Part shown: positions 32,314 to 32,845 of the stretch, piece by piece
How positions within the stretch are numbered: position 1 is the first letter of the stretch
Layout: each line of letters opens with the position of its first letter
From: a virus
Lineage: Duplodnaviria > Caudoviricetes
Virus record (IMG/VR): IMGVR_UViG_3300047310_000301
Location: 1 to 32,845 of that record
Strand: one strand, 5' to 3'
Length of the DNA stretch: 32,845 bases
Translations under genes and position numbers: made by a program
Notes under the pieces: model-generated
Databases searched by the model: none
The model's input: the letters and a program-made list of their open reading frames with translations, nothing else
Told to the model about the DNA's origin: nothing

Positions 32314-32845
32314 TTACTTTTGTACAAATTGTCCATCAGCGTCAACCTCTCCCCTAGTCTCCTTACCATCGGAGCCTATTAGAGTCATCACTCCGCCGCC
32401 TGCTGCCGCTTTAGCCACTGCTCTAGCGAATGCCTCGGTACTCATTCCTAGAGGAGCACCTGAAGCGGCAGCTATCAGAGCACGAGACATTCCCTTCATA
32501 GTCATTAGCTTCCCTATCACTCCCATTCCAAGGCCCACAGCGGCAGTTGCTCCTGTACTCGGAAGGCCGCTAATATGCCCGAGAGCCAGACCAGGCATAA
32601 CTGAGATACCCGCTTTAAGTGCCCAGAGTCTAGCGTTACTCATTTGCTGTTTACCCTGTGTGGCGGCTATTTGCTTAAAGAGTTGATCGTACTCTCCTTG
32701 GAGTTTCTGGGAGAATAAGAGGTCCTTAGAGTCCTTGAATTTAGGATCATTCCAAGTGTCCATTAGCTTAGCGGCATCGAAGACCTTCTTAGTAGGATCA
32801 CTAGCACTCGTGCTCCAAGAGTCATTGTACATCTTCTGGATCTTA
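32314..32845 (-). CDS. 3' end of a larger protein, probably an internal virion/ejection protein
   Basis: Frame open to the window edge; Gly/Ala-rich hydrophobic helices; same strand as the structural arm and convergent with the early arm. Confidence 0.55.
   Translation of the reverse strand, partial: KIQKMYNDSWSTSASDPTKKVFDAAKLMDTWNDPKFKDSKDLLFSQKLQGEYDQLFKQIAATQGKQQMSNARLWALKAGISVMPGLALGHISGLPSTGATAAVGLGMGVIGKLMTMKGMSRALIAAASGAPLGMSTEAFARAVAKAAAGGGVMTLIGSDGKETRGEVDADGQFVQK

Noticed and set aside
1-32845. TAG stop-codon reassignment suggested by TAG abundance
   Set aside because: Genes are full length in the standard code and several end at TAG directly before the next gene (for example 5384, 13176, 27287, 30014)
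1-32845. Prophage boundaries, integrase or host assignment
   Set aside because: No integrase, att site or host genes in the window; the host cannot be inferred beyond use of sigma70-type promoters and Shine-Dalgarno sites

Overview
This window is a large part of a tailed dsDNA phage genome, most likely podovirus-like, with two divergent arms. The left arm (1-14758, minus strand) is the morphogenesis module: candidate small terminase, several tiny or membrane ORFs, a Pro-rich protein, large terminase, portal, scaffold, major capsid protein, a decoration-like protein, a glycosyltransferase plus SAM methyltransferase pair, two paralogous head-tail adaptors and a beta-helix tail spike. A mostly non-coding hub (about 14760-17280) holds phased palindrome arrays, short tandem repeats, sigma70-type promoters, terminators, an IHF-consensus site and an origin-like inverted repeat. 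The right arm (17282-32310, plus strand) carries early and replication genes: SNF2-type helicase, Cas4/RecB-like PD-(D/E)XK nuclease, Sak4/AAA_24-like ATPase, SSB, a UDG-like/exonuclease/family A DNA polymerase broken by a frameshifting deletion, a MazG-like protein and a DUF3987-like helicase. A minus-strand ORF at the right edge suggests the late operon continues around the genome. No integrase, lysin, tRNA, rRNA or CRISPR array was recognised. The most notable observations are a 33-bp palindromic site repeated at 34-bp phase and dispersed to two other loci, several G-U-rich structured RNA elements, a candidate virion-glycosylation pair in the head module, and non-canonical catalytic motifs in the polymerase and several NTPases. 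All protein calls come from motif recognition by eye and gene order, not database searches.
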